Part shown: positions 24,986 through 36,102 of the stretch, piece after piece
How the letters are laid out: every line of letters starts with the position of its first letter
How positions within the stretch are numbered: position 1 is the first letter of the stretch
NCBI RefSeq assembly: GCF_009914755.1
Contig: NC_060936.1
Reading direction: 5' to 3' (one strand)
Length of the DNA stretch: 64,000 bases
Origin: the human T2T-CHM13v2.0 reference genome, Homo sapiens
Made by a program: the position numbers and the translations under genes
The notes under the pieces: generated by a model
Database searches by the model: none
What the model saw: only the letters and a program-made list of their open reading frames with translations
What the model was told of the DNA's origin: nothing

Positions 24986-27097
24986 TTGTGTTTTGACTGT
25001 TAAAAAGTCCTATGTACTTTTATTGTCACTTTTATATTTACCATCAGAGAAGATTGTCCTGGAACTTATCTGCTGTGTTATTGCATAAAGAATATTGCTT
25101 AATTTTAAGGCTTAAAAAATATCTAGTAAACCACCCAGGAAATCTTGAATTCACCTCTAGTGTCAGAGATACAGACTCAAAAAAAAAAAAAAAATTAAAG
25201 ATTTAAATCAAAACTAGGCCAAAGCTTAGCCCTGTAACTGGTGATAGAGCTTGCGCGATAAGGCCACTATAGTCAGTTTTCCTGCATTGAATCTGCTGAA
25301 AGCAATTTCCTGTTTTTAACCCAAGTAGACAGCCCTGGTCCCCAAGGGGTTCATTAGCTTGGTGTTCCATGGGCAGTCTCTTTCCTGTTATTTGTTAGCA
25401 GCATGAAGGCACAATAGCAGATGGGGGAGGTTCAGCCTCACCTTTGTTGTTAATACTTACAATCTTATTAAAGGTTAAAGAAATACATGATCAGCTAACT
25501 CCTGGTATTACTAAAACTGATTTACCAGCATCACATCAAATATTTACCTTGCCCTAAGCTACCAGTAATTACAAGCTGATATTGTTCAGGCTCAAACAAA
25601 CACAGAGTAATGAATTTCTGCTAATTATTAGGCACTGATGAAAAATGTGATTTGTGCACTCCCAGACTTATTCTGGGCATCTCATCTTTCTGCACAAGGG
25701 AACATTTCAATTGATATGATATATTCTATGCTGCCGGAAAGCACTTCAGTGGTGTCAACCAGAAGTAATTACCAGTGTATCTGGAAAAGTGATTAAAATG
25801 GCTTAAAATTAAGATTTTGGTTTTCCATAGTTATTTCTATGCAAATGTGTCATATTTTTCAACTGACATGGGTGTCTTAATTAAAAACAGGCTAAAGTTT
25901 TAAAATAACAAGAGATTTTAAAAATCCACTAAACCTTACACTATAAAAATAATGATTCCAGCCTTAGCTGCAAATGAAAGTAATCTTTCTTCTTGTTGTA
26001 GATCTTGCTGGGCTTTTAAAAAAGTTACATTGCACCCTGTTATTGAATCATGCATTTCCTGATGAAGTACTCAAATATTTCAGATGCTTTCCTTCACTTT
26101 GCAGGAAGAGGAGTGAGTCTGCTCTCTGTCTGTTCTCTCTGTGAGAGCCACGTGATGGCTTCTTATTTTTCCCTATGGTTGGCACCATCAAGGGGCATGC
26201 AGAGATGACTGATTTTTTTCCCCTCCTAACTTGAAGGGAGGGTGAAAAGAGTACAGAAACCTACTGTGGGCCCAGACCCCAAAGCTTGAGGCCTTCCTTC
26301 TTTCTTTGCAGTGAATATTTCTTGCTTCTGTTTCCCTTAACTCTTCAAGGTGATCATATATAGAGTGTCCGAAAGATACATCAGGGAGTCTTTAATTCTC
26401 TGTAATTCCTTTAGGCCCAACCTAGGGAATTAACTATAAACCAAGGGTTTTTAGGGTGGTCACATACTCAATAGGTAGTACCTGTTACCTCATTCCATTT
26501 CCCCTCTGTCCTTTTTGGAAGTTATGTGCTCTAAATCCATTCAGTCAGTGGTTATCCTAGCCATTTTAACATGTATATGCAAAATTTAAAATTACATATG
26601 TAACATCTGTATTACTTTAAAAAGCCTTTGGTATCTTAACCCAAGGCAGGAGTAAGGTGAAAATTCTAGGAGTTGTTGCAAGATCAGTAGGGAAGAATTT
26701 ACACTAGAGAGAACTCCACGTGAAAACAGCTCCATTCTCCGTCTTCTTCTCTCCTCCTTCTGTACCTGCTTCTTGGACAAATGCAGTAATTCCTAGGGCT
26801 TCCGTTATCCCATATCTGTGTACCTTTCAAAACCATTTCTCCAGCCCACACCTCTCTTGCAAGGTTCAGATCCTGTTATCTGCTGGATACTGCCACCTCG
26901 GTGTCAAAACATGTCCAGAACTGTATCTGTTTCCCACCCTTGCCTTCCTTGGGACAATCATCAAACTGCTCATATTCTTGATCTTGGTTATTGGTACTAC
27001 CATTCAGCCAGCTGCTAGAGCCAGAAGTCAGAGCACTGTCCCTAACTACCCAACATTTCTCATTCCCAATTTCTCCAAGTTATGCTTCTAACCATAA

Positions 27098-27654
27098 TGT
27101 GGTGTCCATCAAATTGTGCCCTCCCACCCCCAGCATCCATTTGCTCTTCTAGTATCAGTAGCACCGTTACTGACTCTCTATGTAAAATTAGAGCCACAGT
27201 GAAGCCAGGTGCAAAAGGAGAGATCAGTAAGATGGATCCTGTCTTTATTTAAAATCTTGATATTTTGTTCATCACAGATTTCCTTGCATTAATTTAGATT
27301 TAAAAAAATATTGCACTAAAATAATATTTATTTTGATTACAGAGTTTTTGGGTGCCCCTTCAAATTTTGTGTATGATGTGGCCAGTGCCTCACTTGCCTT
27401 ACCCTAGTCCAGGTCCTGGGTGTGATTCTGGAAATTTCTATGTGGAATCTGAAAATGAGGGCAACCCAGACGAAGACTGGGGAGAACTTAAGCCCTGATG
27501 TCATCATTTGAACCGTGACTTGAACTGTGCCTGAAGCCTACACTTGGATCTTTCAGTTTCATAAAATGACAAATATCCTCCTTTTAGTTATTTATTTGTA
27601 TTTTTTGCTTAAACCAGTCTTTTTTACTCACAGCAGAAAAGTTCTTGAATGATA
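27098..27654 (+). mobile_element. MLT1K/L-like MaLR LTR, split by MER96B
   Basis: tgtggtg...cagcatccatttgctcttct; gccctgatgtcatcatttgaacc...ctgtgcctgaagcc...ttgcttaaaccagt. Confidence 0.6.
27188..27418 (-). mobile_element. MER96B-like hAT DNA transposon
   Basis: gatcctgtctttatttaaaatcttgatattttgttcatca...ggtgccccttcaaattttg...gcctcacttgccttaccctagtcc. Confidence 0.75.
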
Positions 27655-28879
27655 AATTGGGCATTGAAGGTTCCTTATGACATGGCCATTCCTTGTACTT
27701 CTCTGGCCTCATCCCTTACTAGTTCATGGGAGCATCCCATGCCTCTGTCACATTGCAAGTCATGCTGGTCACTGAACACACTGTGCTGTCTTGTGCTATC
27801 TTCCTCTGTGCACAGCGTGCCCTCTCCTGTGGACATTCTGGAATGTTCTTCTTCATCTGGTCTATCTGATGAAAACCTACTTATTTTTAAATACACAGTT
27901 TAAATGTCACCTCACAAGTGACTGAATTACATCCATGGTTATTTTCTTTTGTTCCAGGGCTTAATTTTTTTTCCCCAAACATATAACAAGTCATCCAGTT
28001 GTAACGCTGTTAAATTCCCTACTCAATCTCTTCTCCTTTGCAGAGTTAGACTTTTTCTCCCCAAATGAAATATAATGCAACTCAATTGTGGAAATTAAAA
28101 ACATGGAGCACTCTGATAAGTAGTGCCAAATTCTAGATGTCTCTTCAGAGAGGCCCTAAGTGCCTTCTCACTCTCTCTTTCTCTTAATACACACTGGCTC
28201 AATAATGGAATTTTTCTTCTTATAAAATAAATATGGTATTTAATAACATAAATGGGAAGTGCTGGGTTTTCTATATTTTAGCCCATCCTAAGAGCCTCAT
28301 TATTAGGAAAAGAAAATGAACAAAAGAAATAGTTTAGTAGACTCCAAACTTCCAAGACTTAAGCACCCTCTTCCATGGTATTTTTTTGTTTAAGAATCAC
28401 AATTAACACAGGTTGTCTTCTCCTTGGAAAAGCATTTTTTCCCTTCTAGCTTCGATTTTACACTGCATGCTTGACAGCTTCAGAACATATGCTACCTCAT
28501 CTGCTATACGGGGAAAAGAGTCATCGCTTTACAAGGTTAGAGCCCAAAGTGCCATTCCAGATATAACGAATCCACCTTCTTTCCTACAGTTCTGAATTTT
28601 GCACTTGGATTTCCTAAGCTATGGAAGGGTAATGAGAACAAAAAAGACAAAAGCAAGCCTGGCACTTGAAGATCTTTCCAGAGTTCTTAGCGACTGAAGT
28701 TTGAGCATCCAAGTTTCTGCTATATGGTGCACGTGCTCAGTCCTTCAAGTCTCCTGTCCCTAGGTGTGAGCCTGTTAGGATCCTGGGCCCCCTTGGGAAA
28801 ACTTTCCAGGCATGAGTCTCTTTGACCCTTTCCAAGAGCCTCCTGTCATCACAGCTAATGGAATGTGAGGGAAGGCAGG

Positions 28880-29248
28880 TGATATGGTTTGGCTTTTTGT
28901 CCCCACCCGATTCTAATCTTGAATTGTAATCCCCATAATCCCCATGTTTTCAAAGGAGAGACCAGGTGCCAGTAATTGGATCAAGGAGGTGGTTTCCCCC
29001 ATGCTGTTCTCATAATAGTAAGTGAGTTCTCAGGAGATCTGATGGTTTTATGAGGGGTCTTTCCGCCTTCTCTGGGCAATTCCTCCTGCTGCCTTGTGAA
29101 GAAGGTGCCTTTCTTCCCTTTCACCTTCCCCAGGATTGTAAGTTTCCTGAGGCCTCTCTGCTGCACTGAGTCAATTAAACCTCTTTCCTTTATAAATTAC
29201 CCAGTCTCAGGTATGTCTTTATTAGCAGTGTGAGAACAGACTAATACA
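28880..29248 (+). mobile_element. THE1C/D-like MaLR solo LTR
   Basis: tgatatggtttggct ... gagtcaattaaacctctttcctttataaattacccagtctcagg ... gactaataca. Confidence 0.92.
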
Positions 29249-29534
29249 CGGAGCTGGGGAGAAAGGACAGAACTCACCTTAGGGAATATTTTGAAGAAGG
29301 CTCCTTCTCAGATCTGTCTCTGTGCCCCCGTCTCCTTGCCACTTAGAGAGCCCCTTTGCCCCATCCTCTCATGCTGTCTCCTGCATATATAAAGCTCCCA
29401 ATTCCGAGGCTCCCTCAAATCTGCTTTCCTCAAAGAGGCCCATGCTCCAAAATCACCTCCCCCGCTTTCTGGAGCAGCCTTACATATTAGTGCCAAAGGA
29501 GATCTAAGGGATCATGTTGTCGATCCACAAACAT

Positions 29535-30400
29535 TTCCCCATTAAGATAGTATTTGCTGTAGGCTTTTCATCTCTTTATCAGGCCAAGAATGTGGTCTTT
29601 GATTACAAATATGTTAGGTGTTTTTTAAAAATCATGGATTGATGTTAAATTTTATCAAATCATTTTCTGCATTTATTAAGAGAGTTATGTGGTATTTCTC
29701 CTTTAATGTTGTAAACTCTATGGATTTTCTAAGATGAAAATTGGGAAAACCCTAACTTGATAATGGCATATTGGGGGATATCTTGAAAATATTGCTCTAT
29801 TGTCTTATATCCAATGTAACTGTTGAAAAATCAGATATCAATCTTTCTTGATCTTTTCTTATACTGGTTGCTCATTCTTTCTGTAAGATTTAGAGTTTTT
29901 TTTTTTTTTGTGTCGACATCCTCAAATTACACGAAAAGAGACTTTTTTTTCTCTCTCTCTCTCCCCATTGACACCCTACCCTATGGCACTTTCAATCTAA
30001 GGTCTTTCATTTTTTTTTTTTTAATTTCAGAAAATTTATTTTCATTATTTCTTCAAATACTTCTAATCACCTTTGAAAAACATTTTATCTTTGAAACTTC
30101 AAACCCACACAAAAATTGAAATATCTTCTTCATTTTCATGTTTTTCTCTGTCGGAGATTCCTATTATTTGGATATTAGCACTTCTACTTGTACCTTCCAT
30201 TTTTCTTAGCTCTATTTGCCATTGCTTTGTCTTTTCTTTTTTGCAGGAGGTTGCCACAATCAATTCTTCCAGCTCTCCAATTGGTCCCCTGGCTGTTTCC
30301 ATCCTGCCACTTATTTTCCTATTGCATTCTTTATTTCACTATTATGTATTTTATATCTCATATTTCTTCTTGGTTTTATGTTTTCCCCTTACCCACAAAA
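29535..30400 (-). mobile_element. Old L1M/HAL1 fragments including decayed ORF1
   Basis: Minus ORF 30099-30302 contains L1 ORF1-like LRKMEGTSRSANIQIIGISDREKHEN. Confidence 0.65.
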
Positions 30401-30683
30401 CAACTCGCCAGGTCAGAACTTCACCCTTTTCCCCTCCCGGTATAATAAGATACCTTGGGAAGACACTCTCCCTCCAGGGTTATTCATAGCCCTGGGGCTG
30501 TGTTGGCAAGGATGGGGAAACAACTGCCAGGAGCAGTCAGTCTTCGCCCATTTTCCTTCGCTCCTCTTGTAAGCCTAGGGGTTCCATTCGGCGTTGATTT
30601 TACTCCATTAGACACCTGGGCCAGGTGTGGGGCAGGCACTGCGTCCTAGGGCAGTGGCGAGGAGGGTGTGGGGTAGTCCAGAG

Positions 30684-30755
30684 CAGGGCTTCTTCCTCTT
30701 ACCCCAGGGTCTCTCAGGGCTTCTTCCTCTTACCCCAGGGTCTCTCAGGGCTTCT
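30684..30755 (+). repeat. Perfect 31-bp tandem duplication (2.3 copies)
   Basis: cagggcttcttcctcttaccccagggtctct x2 plus cagggcttct. Confidence 0.95.
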
Positions 30756-32410
30756 CCATTTTCTCACGGTAGTTGCCGCTCTTCGAGGGCAGGACTAGCA
30801 GATGGGCTGGCTCAGCACTTTGGTCCATTAGCTGTTCCTTTGCTCTGCTTCACTGTCTAACTCCAAATGGGCTTGTTCAGAGGTTAAGAAAAGCCCCAGG
30901 CCAATTTTTAAAAGATCTTTCTATATGAAGAAGTGAAGAAGTAGCCAAATATGATTAAGAAAATTGGACTAAGAAAACACTTAAAAGTTTTACTTTTAAT
31001 ACATTAACACTTTTCATGTAACAGATACACTGATTATGCTTTAAGCTTAATTTGGAGACTGCATACCAAATTAAATTGGGGCCCTTAGAGATGAAACAGC
31101 TCTCTTTTTCTCACCTGTGTTAGCCCTGCCCCTATCTGGCTGGAGTCTGGCATTGGGCCATACAATTAAGTCATTTGGCTCTCCCTTTTTACTGAATCTC
31201 AGTTGTTAGCACTTAAAAAAAAATCTGAGCCCCTCCTAATTGATTACAGCCAATTTCTCATTAGGGAGCCTGCAGATTTTCCTTGGGGGTATGAGATGGC
31301 TATTTGAAACTGCATGTGCTTTCCTACTGTTACACTTCTTCAGTTGCTGGCAAACAATAGCTACAGACCAAGACTGTTCACTGAACTTTCTCTTCCCTCT
31401 GGTTGAGTTCCTTCTGTCCCAGGTACAGCAATCAGGGGACTGCTTCCTGATGGCTTGGGAACCAGAACTTGGGGAATAGCCTTAGTCCAATCTGACTGGT
31501 CATTGTCTCTCCCAGGAGGCTAAAGAGGCTGCATGTTAATACCTAACGTGGCCTGACTCAACTTCCCTGGATTTTCAGTGGGTACTGAATCTAGGCTGGG
31601 GATCAAACTCAGATGCCCTAAGGTGCAAAGTTTGAGAAAAGTTGGTAGGTGAAAAAATAGCAATTGTGAAGACGAGATTTGCCCATGCACTGTCAATTTA
31701 TAATTTCTGAATCTTGTGTTCTACATTAATAAAAAAATGAAAGCTCAGAGAGGTTGCAACAGAAGTAGTAAAACTGTGCTAGGTCTTAAAAGCTGTGAAT
31801 GAGAAGAAATCACTCAAAATAATTATTTCAGAAGGCCCATCTAATTTTCTCAAATAGATGGAAAAAAGTACAAACAACTCTATATTCCTAAAACTGCTGA
31901 CCACTAAAATTGTGTCTTGTTTATTTGCTGGTAGAAAAACTCAGGGAATCTTCAGGGAGAAAAATATATTCTTCCTTAGCATCTTAACATTTCTAAATAT
32001 TCAAGCATGAAAATTTAATGAGCAAGAAACTTGTACATAATTTGTTTTTATTTCTGCATTTAAACAGTGATTTTATGACTATCCTGGATATTTATAAGTC
32101 TTTATTCACAAATTTCTCTTAAAAACTCTCTCAATTTTCTTAAAAAATTTCTCAACCCACACACCAATGGTTCCAAGACTTGTTCTCCTTTATCAAAACC
32201 CCTCTTGAACTGACATTTTTTATATAAGAAAATAATCTGATAAAACAAATGGAAGCTTCCTTTTTGACTATTACACGTGGTGTTTCTGCTTAGCCTAATG
32301 AGTCTCTAATGGGTCAAATCTCTATCAAATGGTAAGAGAGGCTGTGTGTGAAAATAGGTAGCCATAGATGCTTGAATTATAGATGGAGGGTTTTAGGACA
32401 GGCATTGGAG

Positions 32411-32650
32411 CAGGATTTCTCAGTCTCGGCACTATTGACATTTTGGGCCAGACCATTCTTTATTGTGGTGGGCTGTCTTGTGCACTGTAGGATGTTTAGC
32501 AGCATCTCTGGCCTCTACTCAGTAGGCCAATAGATGCTAGGAGCAGTTTGCCCACGCTTCAGTTGGGACAATAAAAATATAGGCCAAATGTCCTTGCAGG
32601 TGTGTGTATATGTATGTGTGTGCAAAATCTCCATTGGTTGAGAATCACTA
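32411..32650 (-). mobile_element. MER20 DNA transposon
   Basis: ctcggcactattgacattttgggccaga...tgcactgtaggatgtttagcagcatctctggcctctac. Confidence 0.9.
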
Positions 32651-32763
32651 CTGCTATTTGTTATAACAACAAAAGAAAACCACTGGTAGCTGCTTTATGG
32701 AATATTTTATTAAATATTTTATTGAATATATTCCATGAGACAGGTGCTATACTAAGAGCTCTC

Positions 32764-32790
32764 TGTGTGTGTGTGTGTGTGTGTGTGTGT
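32764..32790 (+). repeat. (TG)13 microsatellite
   Basis: Directly visible. Confidence 0.95.
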
Positions 32791-32799
32791 ACATAATCT

Positions 32800-32960
32800 C
32801 TGTGGTTCTCAAAGTGTGGTTCCTAATTTAACAGCATTAGTAAATTCTAGGCCCTACCCGCCAAAGCGGAAGCTGGAGGTTGGCAGGGAGGAGTGGGCCC
32901 AGAAATCTTTTTAGCAAGCCTTCCAGGTGATTCTGATGCTTGATTCAGGTTGAGAGTTTC
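32800..32960. mobile_element. MER5A-like DNA transposon
   Basis: gtggttctcaaagtgtggt...ttagcaagccttccaggtgattctgatgc...ttgaga. Confidence 0.8.
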
Positions 32961-32970
32961 AGAACCTTTG

Positions 32971-33006
<36 letters not shown>

Positions 33007-33044
33007 GAAAATATGGTATATAAAATATATAATGTACAATATAT

Positions 33045-33406
33045 AATATTAGTCTGTTCACACACTGATATAAAGAACTGCCCAAGACTGGGTAATTTAT
33101 AAAGGAAGGAGGTTTAATTAACTCAGTTTAGTATGGTTGGGGAGGCCTCAGGAAACTTACAATCATGGCGGGAGGTGAAGCAAACACATCCCTCTCATGG
33201 CGGCAAGAAGGGGAAGTGCCGAGCAAAATGGGGAAGCCCCTTATAAAACCATTAGATCTCGTGATAACTCGCTCGCTCTCACGAGAACAGCACGAGAACC
33301 CCCATGATTAAATTCTCTCCCACCAGGTCCCTCCCATGACACATGGGGATTGTGGGAACTACAATTCGAGGTGAGATTTGGCTGGAGACAGAGCCACACC
33401 ATAGCA
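33045..33406 (-). mobile_element. THE1C/D-like MaLR solo LTR, preceded by a (TA)n tract at 32971-33006
   Basis: tattagtctgtt...actgggtaatttataaagga...gaggcctcaggaaacttacaatcatggcg...gagccacaccatagca. Confidence 0.92.
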
Positions 33407-34190
33407 AATATATAAATCTATTTAAAATCTTGTTTCATGCTTAGGCCTAACCTGAGTGATGTTTTGTATTCTTTATAGATGTTGACACTGAGGCCCAGAG
33501 AGATTAAGTAATTTGTCCCATGTTACCAGGTGGATAACCAACTTGTCCAAGGTGACGTTGCTAATATCAGAATTTATACTTAGGAGTGTTTAAGTTCAAT
33601 AAATAATATTCCTTTTTCCTGCCTGAGTTCCAGATAAGACAAAGGAATGACAGGTGGAGGCCAGATGATCACCTTAATTACTAATAAGGGCAAGGTTAGG
33701 AAATATGGCTTATTGTGAGAGCCAAAGAGACCTGAAGACTGAATGCACAAATTGGATAGACTAGCCCTTGCAGTCATGGCAGCCATGGGCCTGGAAGACT
33801 CAGTGTTTGAGGAAAAGCGGTAGAGAATACTGCATCCTTCAAGCAGCTTGATTCCCATGAGGAAGCAGAGCAGAGCATGCCTTGATTTCCCCCAATTTAC
33901 CAATCAGATGCATCCCTTCAGCTCTCCAGAGATGAAGTGAATACAGAGGCACAGAGAGTCCAAGAGTTACACCATTCAGCTCTCTTCCCATAGATAGAAT
34001 AGCCAGAAATAAAGAAGTGTTTCCCCAGCAGCTGCCTTGACCTAACATACGCTCTTAATATTTGTAAGATATCGACTCAGTTTCTGTTTTCTTGCTTTGT
34101 TAAGAATCTGCTTCTCTTTCTTTCTTGCCAACTGATCTCTCCTGATAGATGTTTGTTTTGGCAACTTTAGATTCTTACCAGCCAGCTGGG

Positions 34191-34238
34191 GTGTGTGTGT
34201 GTGTGTGTGTGTGCGCGCGCACACACACACACACGTGC
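34191..34238. repeat. (GT)11(GC)4(AC)7 palindromic compound microsatellite
   Basis: Directly visible; perfect 36-bp palindrome at 34199-34234. Confidence 0.95.
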
Positions 34239-34789
34239 AGGTATGCATATTGTGGGTAGTGCTGTGATGTCAAAAGCACATGGGAAGCACCTGAGAACAT
34301 CTGTTTCGCATCTGACTGATATTTGTAAGCTACTTAGCTTTTATGACTTTTTAAAAAAAAATCTAGAAATAAAGGGTCAATAATAAAGCGACAGCACAAG
34401 TTTCTGTGAGAATCAAAATAAGCAAATGCTAATAATATGGCTATCAGTCATTGTGTACATCCTTCCATTTCTAAATAATCACTGTGCTACAGTAACAATT
34501 GTTATATTATTAAAATTGTAGAAAAAGCTCTACAGATATGCTGTAGCTTCATTGTGCATGCACTGTAGTTGTTTTCTCAGGATTTAAAACAATTTAGCAG
34601 AACTAAGCAAACCTATTGTGAGTGAGACACTGAGGAGAAAAAGATGAATATGAGATCAGAGTCCATCAAAAGAGATACCATGTAAACATAATTCAGTGCA
34701 TTTTTAGGCATTTGCAGATGACAGGTAAAAGTGAGTGTGTGTTGGGGTCTGGTCATAGGGATGTGTCTCCTGCTCTGAAAGCCCAGAGA

Positions 34790-35010
34790 CTCCCTTAATG
34801 ATGACAGCACTTCATGAACTTTAGCACTTTTAATCCATTAATCACCCTATATGGAAGAACTAGTGTATATATTTTATCAATGTGTAAAACAAGATGTAGG
34901 GAAGTTAAAACTTGCCCAGAATCGTAGGCATAGTGAAAGGCAGAACTGGCATTTGAATCTAGCTCTATATGATTTAAAATCTTGTAGTCTTCAGCACTAG
35001 GCTCTACCAC
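34790..35010 (-). mobile_element. MIR SINE
   Basis: gaagttaaaacttgcccagaatc...ggcagaactggcatttgaatctag. Confidence 0.75.
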
Positions 35011-35673
35011 CTCTCTCTCTAATCAGTACCGGAAGGTCATCAGGCCCTGAGTGGCTGGCATTTATTAATTAGAATGTACCTGGGGCTGATTGGGGCACCA
35101 GAATGTCAATTTACTAATTTACAGTGAGAAGGAGCTTCACAGGAGCCAGAGTGTATGATTAGGTCCATATGAGCAGATCATTCCCCTCCGCCCCCCTGCC
35201 CCCCCATTTTTGGGTACCAAATCAGTAAGCAGGTCAAAATGAAAGAAATGTAGTTAATCACAGGGTAACATCCCTTAACGATATTGCTCCAGGGCCTCCC
35301 CACCTCTAGAGGCAGCTGTGATGTGGGCCAAGTTACTCCAGGTCAGCGTCTGCTCTTTTTTTTTTTTTTCTATGGGGCAGTTCTGAATGTTTTCTATGGA
35401 GTTTTTCTCTATTTCTCTCTCTTTCTGGACTTTAGATATTCCACAGCTTTAACATAATAATAAACTTTTTTGAGTTACCCTCCAATTACTTAATTTGAGG
35501 AAGTTCTCCAGCTACTATGACAGATAATTTCTCCCAGCAAAAGTTGATTTCGTAGTTTAACCCTCAGAGGCAGATCTTATTTCTCTTATTTCAAATTCTT
35601 GGGAGATAGCTTTCTGCAGTCTTCCAGTATCAATGAGACTAGCAGATAAAATATAAATACATTTAAATATTGT

Positions 35674-35720
35674 ATTACTTTTAATGGCCAAAACTGCAAT
35701 TACTTTTGCACCAAACTGTA
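35674..35720. mobile_element. MADE1 (Hsmar1 MITE), right half
   Basis: attacttttaatggccaaaactgcaattacttttgcaccaa matches the MADE1 TIR. Confidence 0.85.
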
Positions 35721-36102
35721 ACTCAATTAAAAAGCATATTTATTATTATAATGTCTTATAAATATTAAATTTATTTTGGCAATCTGTGAATAAAGGCACA
35801 CATAAAAATTCCAAACGTTTATTGAACTTTTATTAACAACAATTTAGGCAGTATGCTGTGGTATAATCCTAAAATTTTATTGCTGGTCTGTGTTCTGATT
35901 GGTAGGTGACTATGCCATATTGATGGTAAAATATTTTGAATGTCATCCCTGGCTTCTATCAGGTTCTGGGCACTGTTCTAAGTGCTTTCACAAAAGTTAA
36001 TCATTTGGGTTTCAGTATTAAATTATATTTTCTCCTACAATCCTGATGGCTATAGCTCTGGCACTTTTGAAAGTTTAGGATCTACTCAAAATCTATAGTA
36101 GT

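Larger units (their letters stand above)
26765..27913 (+). mobile_element. L2 fragments (26765-27090, 27660-27913) interrupted by an LTR and a DNA transposon
   Basis: L2-like ctccagcccacacctctc...caaaacatgtccagaactg and ...aaatgtcacctc. Confidence 0.55.
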
